From: an uncultured Armatimonadales bacterium
GTDB lineage: Bacteria; Armatimonadota; Armatimonadia; Armatimonadales; Capsulimonadaceae
DNA length: 52,828 bases
NCBI GenBank assembly: GCA_964246575.1
Contig: CAXTRL010000001.1
Span: forward strand, 1 to 52,828
Reading direction: 5' to 3'
This document shows positions 1 to 8,615 of this stretch, piece after piece. The notes below the pieces were generated by a model. The model was given only the letters and a program-made list of their open reading frames with translations, had not been told where the DNA came from and ran no database searches. The translations under genes were made by a program, and so were the position numbers. The stretch's first letter is position 1. Every line of letters starts with the position of its first letter.

Positions 1-122
1 AGATCGTGCGCCACGAGGGGACGATCCGCCGCCGAGCCGTAGAGGGCCAGCAGGCGCAGATTGCCGACTAATCGTTTGGCGGCGAGATTAGACAACTTTG
101 AAACAACGGCAGGAGTAGGCAT
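1..122 (-). CDS. hypothetical protein, N-terminal part only (gene runs off the left edge)
   Basis: A minus-strand ATG at 122-120 opens a frame that stays open to position 1: MPTPAVVSKLSNLAAKRLVGNLRLLALYGSAADRPLVAHDL. It is too short for the ORF track. No family assignment is possible. Confidence 0.3.
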   Translation of the reverse strand, partial: MPTPAVVSKLSNLAAKRLVGNLRLLALYGSAADRPLVAHD

Positions 123-184
123 GGCGGCTTTTTTGACTCCTAAAAACAAAAGAGGAACGCAAGGCAAACAAAAGCAATAAAGAG

Positions 185-274
185 CGGAACGGGTGGGATT
201 CGAACCCACGAATGGAGAGGTCCCCATTACACGATTTCCAATCGTGCTCCTTCGACCAACTCGGACACCGTTCC
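185..274 (-). tRNA. tRNA-Ser (anticodon GGA)
   Basis: The reverse complement reads GGAACGG..CACGA-TTGGAAA-TCGTG..(long variable arm)..GTGGGTTCGAATCCCAC-CCGTTCC-G. It has a 7-bp acceptor stem, an anticodon loop uuGGAaa, a type-II long variable arm and a GTTCGAATC T-loop. No CCA is encoded. Confidence 0.92.
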
Positions 275-423
275 TGAGACTCTTCCTGAGACCTTGCCTG
301 GGATGCCCTTTAAGCCGCCACGTCAGTATTATATCCTGCAAAGACCGGCGGTGTCAAGGGAATGCATCCGCCGGCTTGGCAAATTGGCTTGACAAAACGC
401 CGGCGTTTTGCTATGCTAACCGC

Positions 424-2223
424 ATGACGAACAATACCCAAATTGCGGATACCATCAACAAGCGCTTTGCGGATGCGGCGCGAAAGTACCCAAACCGGCC
501 CGCGCTGTCCTACAAGCCGGGCGGCAGCAAGACATGGGAAACGCTGACGTACCAAGCGGTCGCGGATCAGGTCAAGCAGGTGTCGCTCGGCCTGCGGGCG
601 CTGGGCGTGGAGCGCGGGGACCGGGTCGCGCTGCTGTCCGAAAACCGGCCTGAATGGGCCGTTTGCGATTTGGCGACGCAGGCCGCCGGAGCCGTGACGG
701 TTCCTATTTACCCCACCCTGCCGGGGTCGCAGGTGGCGCACATTCTCGCCGACAGCGGCGCAAAAGCTGTGGTTGTCTCTGATGCCAAGCAAATGGCAAA
801 GATTTCGGCGCTGCGAGACACTCTGCCCATTCTTTGCGTGCTGGTGACGCTGGACGCAGATGCCGCTAAAGATGGCCTTCAAACGCTTGCGTCGGTGGTA
901 GAGGCAGGCGCGAAAGCAGACTTTGACGAAAGCTACGAAGCGCGGCGGGATTCCGTGCAGCATGACGACTTAATGAGCCTGGTTTACACGTCGGGGACCA
1001 CCGGCAGCCCGAAAGGCGCGATGCTGACCCACGGCAACATGGCAGCGGCGCTGGACGGGGCAAACGAGAAGTTTCCGCAGTTCACGCCCCCAAACGACGT
1101 GTTTTTGTCGTTTCTGCCCTTGTCTCATGTGTTTGAGCGCGTCACCTACAATCTGGCGCTGACGCAGGGGGCGCACACGATCTACAACGACAGCATCTTT
1201 AAGCTGCTGGACAACATGGCTGAGCTGCATCCGACCATCATGCAGTGCGTCCCGCGCGTCTTTGAGAGCATTCAAGAGCGCGTCTTTGACGGCATCGCCA
1301 AGCTGCCGGAGCGTCGCCGAAACCTGACGAACCGGGCGCTGGAAATCGGCGGCATTTATGCCAAGCGGCGAAACGCGGGCAAATCCATCAGCCCATTGCT
1401 TTACGGACTGTACAAGTTCTATGACGCGCTGGTGCTGTCTAAAATCCGCGCTCGGTTCGGGGGCAAAGTCAAGTTTCTGGTCAGCGGCGGCGCACCGCTC
1501 AGCCCGGCCACGGCGACGTTCTTTCTTGCCATCGGCATCCCCATTCTGGAAGGCTGGGGGCTGACGGAGACGACGGCGGCAGCGGCGGCAAATCCCCGAG
1601 GCCGGGTCAAGATCGGGACTGTCGGAACGCACCTGAACGGCGTCACCGTCAAGACCGCCCCTGACGGCGAGATCTTGGTGCAAGGGCCGACCGTCATGCG
1701 CGGCTACTGGAACCTGCCCGACGCAACCGCCGAAGTGCTGGACGAAGCCGGCTGGTTCCACACCGGCGACATCGGCGAAATTGACGCCGGCGGCTATTTA
1801 AAGATCACCGACCGCAAGAAGGACATTCTGGTCCTGGCAAGCGGCAAAAAAGTCGCCCCACAGCCGATTGAGACCCTGCTGAAGCGCTCCCCGCTGCTGT
1901 CCGAAGTGGTCCTGCTCGGCGACAATTCCGGCACAGTGAGTGCATTAGTCGTCCCCAACTATGATCTCTTGAAAGCCTGGGCCAAAGACAAGGGGGACGA
2001 CGCCAAAAAGCCCGAAGAGCTGGCTGCTGACCCAGAGGCCCGCAAATATGTCAAGCGCGAGATTGACAAGCTCTCCAAAGACTTAGCCGACTTCGAGAAA
2101 ATCAAGCGCATCGCCCTGCTGCCTCATGCCTTCACCCAAGACAGCGGCGAACTGACCCCGACTCTCAAAGTCAAGCGCCGCGTTGTCGCCGAAAAATACG
2201 GGCGACTGCTGGAAAAAGAGTAA
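424..2223 (+). CDS. long-chain fatty acid-CoA (or -ACP) ligase, AMP-dependent synthetase family
   Basis: This is track ORF 193..2223, trimmed to the ATG at 424 (MTNNTQ...) because the upstream part overlaps the tRNA. It has the AMP-binding signature YTSGTTGSPKGAMLTH, plus GWGLTET and GWFHTGDIG...ITDRKKD. The C-terminal LTPTLKVKRR is typical of FAA1/FadD-like enzymes. Confidence 0.9.
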   Translation: MTNNTQIADTINKRFADAARKYPNRPALSYKPGGSKTWETLTYQAVADQVKQVSLGLRALGVERGDRVALLSENRPEWAVCDLATQAAGAVTVPIYPTLPGSQVAHILADSGAKAVVVSDAKQMAKISALRDTLPILCVLVTLDADAAKDGLQTLASVVEAGAKADFDESYEARRDSVQHDDLMSLVYTSGTTGSPKGAMLTHGNMAAALDGANEKFPQFTPPNDVFLSFLPLSHVFERVTYNLALTQGAHTIYNDSIFKLLDNMAELHPTIMQCVPRVFESIQERVFDGIAKLPERRRNLTNRALEIGGIYAKRRNAGKSISPLLYGLYKFYDALVLSKIRARFGGKVKFLVSGGAPLSPATATFFLAIGIPILEGWGLTETTAAAAANPRGRVKIGTVGTHLNGVTVKTAPDGEILVQGPTVMRGYWNLPDATAEVLDEAGWFHTGDIGEIDAGGYLKITDRKKDILVLASGKKVAPQPIETLLKRSPLLSEVVLLGDNSGTVSALVVPNYDLLKAWAKDKGDDAKKPEELAADPEARKYVKREIDKLSKDLADFEKIKRIALLPHAFTQDSGELTPTLKVKRRVVAEKYGRLLEKE

Positions 2224-2232
2224 GCCCGAAGA

Positions 2233-3531
2233 ATGAATCAAGAACAGCCGTTGCTTGTGACTAGGCCGCTTTCGCGCTCGGGCGTGTTCTGGTACAGCTT
2301 GGCGAATGTGGGCTACGGGGCGTTTTATGCGTTCAACAACTTTGTGCTGCCGCTCTGGCTGCAAGCGTACACGCATAATGCCATTTTGAAGGGGCTGCTG
2401 GGCGGGTCGCACTCGTTTGAAGGCGCGTTCATTCAGCCGGTGGTCGGCTCCATCTCGGACCGGCTGGCGGGGCCGGGCGGGCGGCGGCGTCCGTTCATGC
2501 GGCTGTTTATCCTCATTTCTGCCGTGTTTCTGGTGCTGGCCCCAGCGGCGGCACTGCTGCCGCCAGGGCTGCGGCTGGGCGGCATGGTCGTCTGCATTTT
2601 TTTGTTTACGCTGACGTTCAACGTCGCGATTGACCCATACCAAGCGCTGCTGGCGGATATCACCACGCCGGAGCAGCGCGGGCGCGTGACGGGCCGCTGG
2701 TACTTTGTCGGGGCGCTGGGGCAGGTGCTGATTCTCATTTTGCTGGCGGCGCTGCTGCTGATCCCAAAGCTGCATGTGTCGCTCGGCCTCGGGTTCCCGC
2801 TGGTCAGCGGGCTGATGCTGGCGACGACGCTGTTGACCTGCGCCCGCACCCCGGAACCGCAGACGAGCGGGCCGCACGAGACGCGGCGCGGGCATCGGGA
2901 CGACATTGTGCTGGCGCTTTCGGGCCTCAAAACACTGAGGCAGGCCCGGCTCTACATGGGCATGTTCTTTTTGTACGGCGCAGGCATCGGCGCGGTGACC
3001 CCAAACTTGACGACGTTTATCCGGCAGGTGACCCATTGCGGGGACGACGTCTCGCTGGGCTTGTCGGCGTTTCTGCTGGTGATGACCGCCGTGGGCAGCC
3101 TGATCTTTGGACCGTTGAGCGACCAGATCGGTTCCAAGCGGCTTTTAATGCTCAGTCTCACGCTGGTCGCTGCGGCGGCGATCAACGGCCTTTGGATTTC
3201 GACGCTTCCCCAAGTCGCCGTCGTTTTAGGTCTAGCGGGTCTCGGGATTGGGGCGCAGAATGCATCGGCGTACCCGCTGCTGACCCGGCTGGTGCCGGCG
3301 AAAGAGATTGGTTTTTATGTCGGGCTGCAAACTGCGGCGGCGTCGCTGGCCGGTCCGGGCGCGGTGCTGCTGGCCGGATATTTAATCAACCATAACAGCG
3401 GCCCCGGCCAAAGCGGCTACCGGTTGATTTTCGCCGTCTGCACCGTTTGCCTTGGGCTGGCCTTGGCGGCGCTGGCGCTGATGCAGGAGCCTCGCGCTGA
3501 AGCGGAGATCGCCGCGCGGGAGCGGGCATAA
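2233..3531 (+). CDS. MFS transporter (LplT-like by context)
   Basis: 432 aa with about 12 hydrophobic spans and an MFS-like loop (SDRLAGPGGRRRPFM). It lies 9 nt after the ligase and 4 nt before the acyltransferase. Confidence 0.85.
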   Translation: MNQEQPLLVTRPLSRSGVFWYSLANVGYGAFYAFNNFVLPLWLQAYTHNAILKGLLGGSHSFEGAFIQPVVGSISDRLAGPGGRRRPFMRLFILISAVFLVLAPAAALLPPGLRLGGMVVCIFLFTLTFNVAIDPYQALLADITTPEQRGRVTGRWYFVGALGQVLILILLAALLLIPKLHVSLGLGFPLVSGLMLATTLLTCARTPEPQTSGPHETRRGHRDDIVLALSGLKTLRQARLYMGMFFLYGAGIGAVTPNLTTFIRQVTHCGDDVSLGLSAFLLVMTAVGSLIFGPLSDQIGSKRLLMLSLTLVAAAAINGLWISTLPQVAVVLGLAGLGIGAQNASAYPLLTRLVPAKEIGFYVGLQTAAASLAGPGAVLLAGYLINHNSGPGQSGYRLIFAVCTVCLGLALAALALMQEPRAEAEIAARERA

Positions 3532-3535
3532 GTTC

Positions 3536-4168
3536 ATGCTTTATTTTCTTCTTTATCCTCTTGTTTTTGTTTTGCTGCGCTTGATGATGCGTGTTTTGGG
3601 CCGCTTGCAGTCCACGGGTGAGGGCAATGTCCCGGCGTCCGGCGGTTTTTTGTACTGCCCCAACCACATCAGCGACTGCGATCCGCCGGCGGTTTTCGTG
3701 TCCTGCCCGCGCCGCGCCTGGTTTGTCGGCAAAAGCGAGCTGTTTGAGATTCCTGTCGCGGGCTGGCTGTTCGCCCATTTTCAGGGGTTCCCCATCAAGC
3801 GCGACAGCGCCGACCGGGACGCCCTGCGCCGGATTGAGGCGCTGCTTCGGGCCGGGGAGCCTGTGGTTCTGTTTCCCGAAGGCCGCTTGTCCGAGGCCGG
3901 CACGCTGCAAACGCTCCAGCCCGGCGCGGCGATGCTTTCGCTGCGGACAGGCGTGCCGATTGTGCCGGTCGGCATTGTCAGCACCAACGGCGTCGTGCCT
4001 TACGGGAAGCTGCACCCCCGCTTCTCGCGCAGTCCCGTCCGGGTCGCTTACGGTTCCCCGATTTACCCCCAAGCCTACGCCGCTCTGCCCCGCCGCGAAG
4101 CGACTAAAGCGATGATGCAGGCGCTGGAGGCGGCGCTTGTTCGGCTCTCCCAGCAGCACGTTGGATAG
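3536..4168 (+). CDS. 1-acyl-sn-glycerol-3-phosphate (lysophospholipid) acyltransferase, PlsC family
   Basis: HX4D catalytic motif NHISDCD, plus FPEGRLS and PIVPVGI blocks. It has an N-terminal membrane anchor. Confidence 0.88.
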   Translation: MLYFLLYPLVFVLLRLMMRVLGRLQSTGEGNVPASGGFLYCPNHISDCDPPAVFVSCPRRAWFVGKSELFEIPVAGWLFAHFQGFPIKRDSADRDALRRIEALLRAGEPVVLFPEGRLSEAGTLQTLQPGAAMLSLRTGVPIVPVGIVSTNGVVPYGKLHPRFSRSPVRVAYGSPIYPQAYAALPRREATKAMMQALEAALVRLSQQHVG

Positions 4169-4200
4169 GTTTTTGGTCAGTCTATTTGCCAGCATAAATC

Positions 4201-4244
4201 CTTAATCTAAACTTAATGTTCCCTTAACATTCTCTTAATGGCAG
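4201..4244. repeat. four CTTAA(T/C) motifs at exact 11-bp phasing
   Basis: CTTAA starts at 4201, 4212, 4223 and 4234. The units are cttaatctaaa, cttaatgttcc, cttaacattct and cttaatggcag. A TATACT hexamer sits at 4261-4266, upstream of the prepilin gene. Confidence 0.6.
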
Positions 4245-4357
4245 CGCCCGATTTGTGCAGTATACTATCTGCGTTAGAACAAGCGGCCTGCAATGGAGCA
4301 GCGCCTTTCACCCGTTATGGCTTGCCATAGTTTAAGAGACACAGGAGAACATTCCCC

Positions 4358-5326
4358 ATGCTGCACACATCTATGCCGTCCGCCCCGTCCAAGCGCAAAG
4401 GATTTACCCGTGCGTTCACTTTGATTGAACTACTCGTCGTCATCGCCATTATCGCGATTCTCGCCGCCATCCTGTTCCCGGTCTTCCAGAAAGTCCGCGA
4501 GAACGCCCGCCGCACCGCCTGCCTGTCCAACCTCAAGCAGATCGGCCTGGCCTCCATCCAGTACACGCAGGATTACGACGAACTCAACTACCCTCACCGC
4601 ATCAACTGCCCTGGCGGCGCTCCCTGCAACCCACTGCTGGCTGCAAACGGCGGTCCTGCACCGGCGGGATCTGTCACTGGAAACGCTTTGTCGCGCACTT
4701 TCTGGATCAGTATGCTTCAGCCATATGCTAAGAGCTATGACCTGTTCAAATGCCCCGACACCCCGAACGGCTGGACTGGAACAGACCCACAAGGCTCAGT
4801 CTGCGGCGGCGACCCATCCGCAAACCAATCTACCGTCGGCTGCGGCGGCGTCGGCTATGGCGGCGAAAACAGCTACGGACATAACGACTGTTGGATCAGC
4901 CCAGCGGGTGTAGGTTCGGCCCTTGCTTCGGTCACGCGGCCTGCAAACACGATTGTCATCACTGATGCCACTTATTACGGCGTTGCTCCCGATGTTAACA
5001 ATCAAAGTGGCATTCCCGCAAACTACAACGGCGTTTCCGACCCCACGACGCTTGCGACCGACGCGGCGTATGTCGCGGGCTTGGGTGCTCAGTATCCGCA
5101 GTATTGGGCCAATCTAGGCAACAGCAAGTATAACTATGCAAGCAGCACCAGCGCTCCTGGAACCCCGACCTCAGCTAACTTAGCCAATGTTCAAGCTCGT
5201 CACACGAGCCTGATTAACTGCGAGTTCAGCGATGGTCATGCCAAAGCAATTCGCTACGAGCAGGTTGTTTCCAACATCTGCCTGTGGGCCACCGACGCAG
5301 ACGGCGCTCACCCGAACTGCAACTAG
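4358..5326 (+). CDS. prepilin-type N-terminal cleavage/methylation protein with H-X9-DG C-terminal domain (DUF1559 type)
   Basis: [29 protein letters not shown] is a classic prepilin leader plus hydrophobic helix. The C-terminal [13 protein letters not shown] fits H-X9-DG. An AGGAG RBS lies at 4344-4348. Confidence 0.9.
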   Translation: MLHTSMPSAPSKRKGFTRAFTLIELLVVIAIIAILAAILFPVFQKVRENARRTACLSNLKQIGLASIQYTQDYDELNYPHRINCPGGAPCNPLLAANGGPAPAGSVTGNALSRTFWISMLQPYAKSYDLFKCPDTPNGWTGTDPQGSVCGGDPSANQSTVGCGGVGYGGENSYGHNDCWISPAGVGSALASVTRPANTIVITDATYYGVAPDVNNQSGIPANYNGVSDPTTLATDAAYVAGLGAQYPQYWANLGNSKYNYASSTSAPGTPTSANLANVQARHTSLINCEFSDGHAKAIRYEQVVSNICLWATDADGAHPNCN

Positions 5327-5344
5327 TCTTGCGGATTCTCTCCA

Positions 5345-5384
5345 AACCGCCTGCGGCCATCTTCGGTCGCGGGCGGTTTTTTTC
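5345..5384 (+). terminator. Rho-independent terminator after the prepilin gene
   Basis: Stem accgcctgcg / cgcgggcggt (one mismatch), followed by a TTTTTTT run at 5377-5383. Confidence 0.7.
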
Positions 5385-5400
5385 TGCCCGCTCCCGGCAT

Positions 5401-5582
5401 AAGAACCTACCCCCGCCGCAAGCGGCGACCCCTCCCGAGGCGGGAAGGGTGAAGAAGTTAGGATAGGGAAGGAAAAGCGGCGTAGTGCAGTGAATAATGC
5501 GCCTGATGTAGCGAACAGCATTGCTGGATCCTACCCTTCCCGCATCGGGAGGGGTCGCCGCTTGCGGCGGGGGTAGGTTCTT
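5401..5582. repeat. long palindrome A (50-bp arms, 82-nt spacer)
   Basis: The arm at 5401-5450 (aagaacctacccccgccgcaagcggcgacccctcccgaggcgggaagggt) is the reverse complement of 5533-5582 with a single mismatch. A partial extra copy of the terminal module (ggggtaggttct) follows at 5585-5596. Confidence 0.95.
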
Positions 5583-5618
5583 GCGGGGTAGGTTCTGAGG
5601 TTCACGGAGGAAACAGAC

Positions 5619-6056
5619 ATGGAAGAAAAGGTACGGCAAATCGTCATCGGGCAGCAGGTCACGGAAGAAAAGGCGCGGCTAGCGCGGGCCATGCGACGGA
5701 ACATGACACCGGCGGAGGCCGTTCTGTGGAAGCATCTGCGGAATGGGGTGCTGGGCGCTCACTTCCGGCGGCAGCAGGTCATCCGCGGCTTCATCGCAGA
5801 TTTTTACTGCCATCAAGCAGCCCTGGTCGTCGAAGCGGACGGCGCGGCTCACGCCCCAGCCTATGATGCCGAACGGGACAGAATTTTTAGCGGGCTAGGA
5901 ATCACAGTCATCAGGTTCAGGAACGAGCAGATCATCGAGAAAACCGGAGGCGTAGTAGCGGAGATACGCCGAGCGCTGGAACCTACCCCCGCTCGTTCCT
6001 CGCGACCCCTCCCGAAGCGGGAAGGGTTAGGAGCAGGCAATACGCCAGCGGGGTAG
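5619..6056 (+). CDS. DUF559 / Vsr-like endonuclease-domain protein
   Basis: LWKHLRN...FRRQ...FIADFYC....LVVEADGAAH.....DAERDRIFSGLGITVIRFRNEQI is the DUF559 pattern. The last ~25 codons (EPTPARSSRPLPKREGLGAG...) are encoded by the left arm of palindrome B, so the functional C-terminus is uncertain. Confidence 0.85.
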   Translation: MEEKVRQIVIGQQVTEEKARLARAMRRNMTPAEAVLWKHLRNGVLGAHFRRQQVIRGFIADFYCHQAALVVEADGAAHAPAYDAERDRIFSGLGITVIRFRNEQIIEKTGGVVAEIRRALEPTPARSSRPLPKREGLGAGNTPAG

Positions 6057-6127
6057 GCGCGTTCGTTCGGCTAATTCTTCACCCTTCCCGCTTCGGGAGG
6101 GGCCGCGAGGAACGAGCGGGGGTAGGT
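5981..6127. repeat. long palindrome B (47-bp arms, 53-nt spacer)
   Basis: 5981-6027 (acctacccccgctcgttcctcgcgacccctcccgaagcgggaagggt) is the reverse complement of 6081-6127 with one mismatch. It shares the outer module ACCTACCCCCGC and the inner module GACCCCTCCCGARGCGGGAAGGGT with palindrome A. Confidence 0.95.
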
Positions 6128-6138
6128 ATACTCTTTCC

Positions 6139-7197
6139 ATGATCAATCAGCAGAACCAGGCAGAGAGCGCGTATGCGCGGGCGGGGGTGGACATTGATGC
6201 GGCGGGCGATGCCGTGGGGCGCATGAAGGCGCATATCAAAGGGACGCTGACGCCGGGGGTACTGACGGAAACCGGCAGCTTTGGCGGCATGTTTGCACTG
6301 TCAGCACTGGGGCCGCTGACGGACCCGGTGCTGGTGTCCTCCATTGACGGGGTCGGGACCAAGCTCAAAATCGCGTTTGCGACCGGCAGGCACGGCACGA
6401 TTGGAAAAGATTTGGTGGCGCACTGCGTCAACGATATTCTTGTGCAGGGCGCACGGCCCTTGTTCTTTTTGGATTACTTCGGCACCGGGCGGCTGGAGCC
6501 GGGCATAGCCGCCGAAGTCGTGCGCGGCCTCGCCGACGGCTGCCGCGAAGCGGGGTGTGCGCTCATTGGCGGCGAAACGGCAGAAATGCCAGGGCTGTAT
6601 GCCGCAGGCGAGTACGACCTGGCGGGCTGCATTGTCGGGATCGTTGAGCGCAGTAAAATTGTAGACGGCAAGGGTGTGACGCCGGGCGACGTGGTAATCG
6701 GGCTGGCGTCGGACGGCTTGCACACGAACGGCTACTCGCTGGCGCGTCAAGCGCTGCTCCAAGACGCCGGGATGACGCTGGATGCGCCGGTGCCGCAGCT
6801 TGGGGGCGTCACGCTGGCGGACGCGCTGCTGTGGCCGCATCGGTGTTATGCCTCGGCGGTTCTGCCGCTTTTGGATTTGTCTTCCACCCCAATCAAAGCA
6901 ATGGCACATCTCACCGGCGGCGGGTTTACCGACAACATTCCGCGCGTCCTGCCAGTAGGGGTCGGCGTTCGGATTGACAAGGCAGCATGGGAAGTGCCGC
7001 CGCTGTTTCGGCTTGTTCAGGAAGCGGGCCATGTTGCCGAAGCTGAGATGTTCCGGGTCTTCAACATGGGAATCGGCTTTGTGCTCCTTGTCGCTCCGGA
7101 CGCGGCGGAAGACGCGCTGGCGCGGCTGCGGGCGTCGGGCGAAACGGCGTACCGGCTTGGAGAAGTGGTTGAAGGGAGCGGGGTGACGTTCGTGTAG
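6139..7197 (+). CDS. purM: phosphoribosylformylglycinamidine cyclo-ligase (AIR synthetase)
   Basis: YARAGVDIDAAG, GSFGGMF, SSIDGVGTKLKIA, DLVAHCVNDILVQGARPLFFLDY and GGETAEMPG are hallmark PurM blocks. Confidence 0.95.
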   Translation: MINQQNQAESAYARAGVDIDAAGDAVGRMKAHIKGTLTPGVLTETGSFGGMFALSALGPLTDPVLVSSIDGVGTKLKIAFATGRHGTIGKDLVAHCVNDILVQGARPLFFLDYFGTGRLEPGIAAEVVRGLADGCREAGCALIGGETAEMPGLYAAGEYDLAGCIVGIVERSKIVDGKGVTPGDVVIGLASDGLHTNGYSLARQALLQDAGMTLDAPVPQLGGVTLADALLWPHRCYASAVLPLLDLSSTPIKAMAHLTGGGFTDNIPRVLPVGVGVRIDKAAWEVPPLFRLVQEAGHVAEAEMFRVFNMGIGFVLLVAPDAAEDALARLRASGETAYRLGEVVEGSGVTFV

Positions 7198-7216
7198 GGG
7201 CAGACAAGAGTAAGAA

Positions 7217-7238
7217 GGGCAGGCACGGAGTCCTGCCC
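7217..7238 (+). terminator. possible hairpin between convergent purM and MBL genes
   Basis: Stem gggcagg / cctgccc with an 8-nt loop. There is no immediate T-run, so it is weak. Confidence 0.35.
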
Positions 7239-7252
7239 CTACACAGTTGCTT

Positions 7253-8140
7253 TTATTTTGTCCGGGACAGCGCATGAGCGCCGGCGACCACGGCGACCAC
7301 GGCGGCAAGCTGGACAGGAAATAAATCGGGAGCGGGCGGCGGCAAAGAGACAATGCCTTTAAGGTCAGTCAAAGCCGGGCTGCCGACATAGCGGCCATGC
7401 GCGGGCGGCGTAAAAGCACCGGCGAAATGATGCAAATCGGCGGCAACATTCGGGCCGCTGAGGGGAGCGCCGTGACCGGCCCCAAGAGCGGCAGGGTTGA
7501 GATTGGCCAGCAGAACCACCGATTTATGGGCCGCTTCCCAGTCGCAGGTGAACGGCGGGGCGGGCAGGGAGATTTCCGGCTTCTTGGACGCCATTGCCGC
7601 AAACGAGTTCAGGTTGACGGTCGCAAACGCATCTCCAACCAGCAGAACGGACTTTTTGGGGTTGAAGTAAGACACATGGCCCGGCGCATGGCCCGGCGTA
7701 AAGTGCCACTGCCATCCTGGCAGGCCCGGCACGACGCCGCCATCGGGCAGCGGCTGCAAAAGGCCGGTCAGGTCAGTGACGTTCATGGGGAACACGCGGG
7801 ACAGCAGGGCCATCGCGCCGCCAACGGTGGGGTCCTTCGGCGGGTACTTGGACTTGCCCGTAAGGTAAGGAAACTCCAGCGGATGGGCGTAAATCGGCAC
7901 ATTCCAGGCTTCGGCCAGCGCGGCGGCGGAGCCGGCATGGTCCGTGTGGCCGTGGGTCAGCAAAATCGCTTCCGGGCGGGCGTTCTCGCCGTAGCGCTTG
8001 ACGGCGGCGGCAAGGATTTTCGCGGTCATTCCCGGTGTTCCGGCGTCCACTAACGCCCAGGGCTGCCCCGGCTCTCCGACAAAATAGACGTTCTCAATGG
8101 TCAGCGGCAGATACGCCACCCCCGGCACAAGTTCCTGCAT
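7253..8140 (-). CDS. MBL-fold metallo-hydrolase
   Basis: This is track ORF 7253..8395, trimmed to the ATG at 8140 (MQELVPGVAYL...) because the upstream part overlaps the response-regulator gene. It has the metallo-beta-lactamase motif LLTHGHTDHAG and later GHAPGH. Confidence 0.85.
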   Translation of the reverse strand: MQELVPGVAYLPLTIENVYFVGEPGQPWALVDAGTPGMTAKILAAAVKRYGENARPEAILLTHGHTDHAGSAAALAEAWNVPIYAHPLEFPYLTGKSKYPPKDPTVGGAMALLSRVFPMNVTDLTGLLQPLPDGGVVPGLPGWQWHFTPGHAPGHVSYFNPKKSVLLVGDAFATVNLNSFAAMASKKPEISLPAPPFTCDWEAAHKSVVLLANLNPAALGAGHGAPLSGPNVAADLHHFAGAFTPPAHGRYVGSPALTDLKGIVSLPPPAPDLFPVQLAAVVAVVAGAHALSRTK

Positions 8141-8192
8141 TCGTAATTTCCCCAAGTTGTGATTTTCTGAAGTTATTTGTTTTAGCTGTTGA

Positions 8193-8570
8193 TTAGCTTT
8201 GGAGGCGCTGAAGATGCTCGGTGACGACCTGGACCAAATGCTCCGGGCTGAACGGCTTGGTGACATACGCATCCACGCCGACTTCCGCGCCGCGCCGGAT
8301 GTCTTCTCCCTGCGCTTTGGCGGACAGCATAATAATCGGGAGGCGGGCGGTTTCGGGGTCAGCCCGAAGCTGCTGCGCGACTTCATAGCCGTCAATGCGC
8401 GGCATCATAATGTCCAAAAGCACGAGGTCCGGCTTGTGCGCCCGGATTTTTTCCAGCGCTTCTTCGCCGTTGACGGCAGCAAGCATTTGGTGGCCCTGCC
8501 GGGCTAAGATAAACTCCATCAGCCGGACAATCATCGGCTCATCGTCCACGACCAGTATTTTATACGCCAT
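8193..8570 (-). CDS. single-domain response regulator (CheY-like receiver)
   Basis: KILVVDDEP...DLVLLDIMMPRIDGYEV...LSAKAQ...YVTKPF. The acidic pocket, phospho-acceptor Asp, and conserved Ser (in LSAK) and Lys are all present. Confidence 0.9.
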   Translation of the reverse strand: MAYKILVVDDEPMIVRLMEFILARQGHQMLAAVNGEEALEKIRAHKPDLVLLDIMMPRIDGYEVAQQLRADPETARLPIIMLSAKAQGEDIRRGAEVGVDAYVTKPFSPEHLVQVVTEHLQRLQS

Positions 8571-8615
8571 TGTCTTATACGCCTTGCTGCGGGCTTCCTA
8601 AACGTAGAAGCTGGA

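Noticed and set aside
193-423. N-terminal 77 codons of track ORF 193..2223
   Set aside because: This stretch overlaps the tRNA-Ser gene on the other strand and has no similarity to acyl-CoA synthetases. The ATG at 424 begins the conserved protein.
970-4195. Long antisense or alternative-frame ORFs (310..963, 970..1761, 2083..3036, 2433..2930, 3386..4195, 3591..4115)
   Set aside because: These are shadow ORFs of GC-rich coding DNA. They are Arg/Pro/Gly-rich low-complexity translations that lie entirely within well-supported genes on the opposite strand or in another frame.
6301-7353. 350-aa minus-strand ORF across purM
   Set aside because: It is antisense to an unambiguous purM and has a low-complexity Arg/Pro-rich translation.
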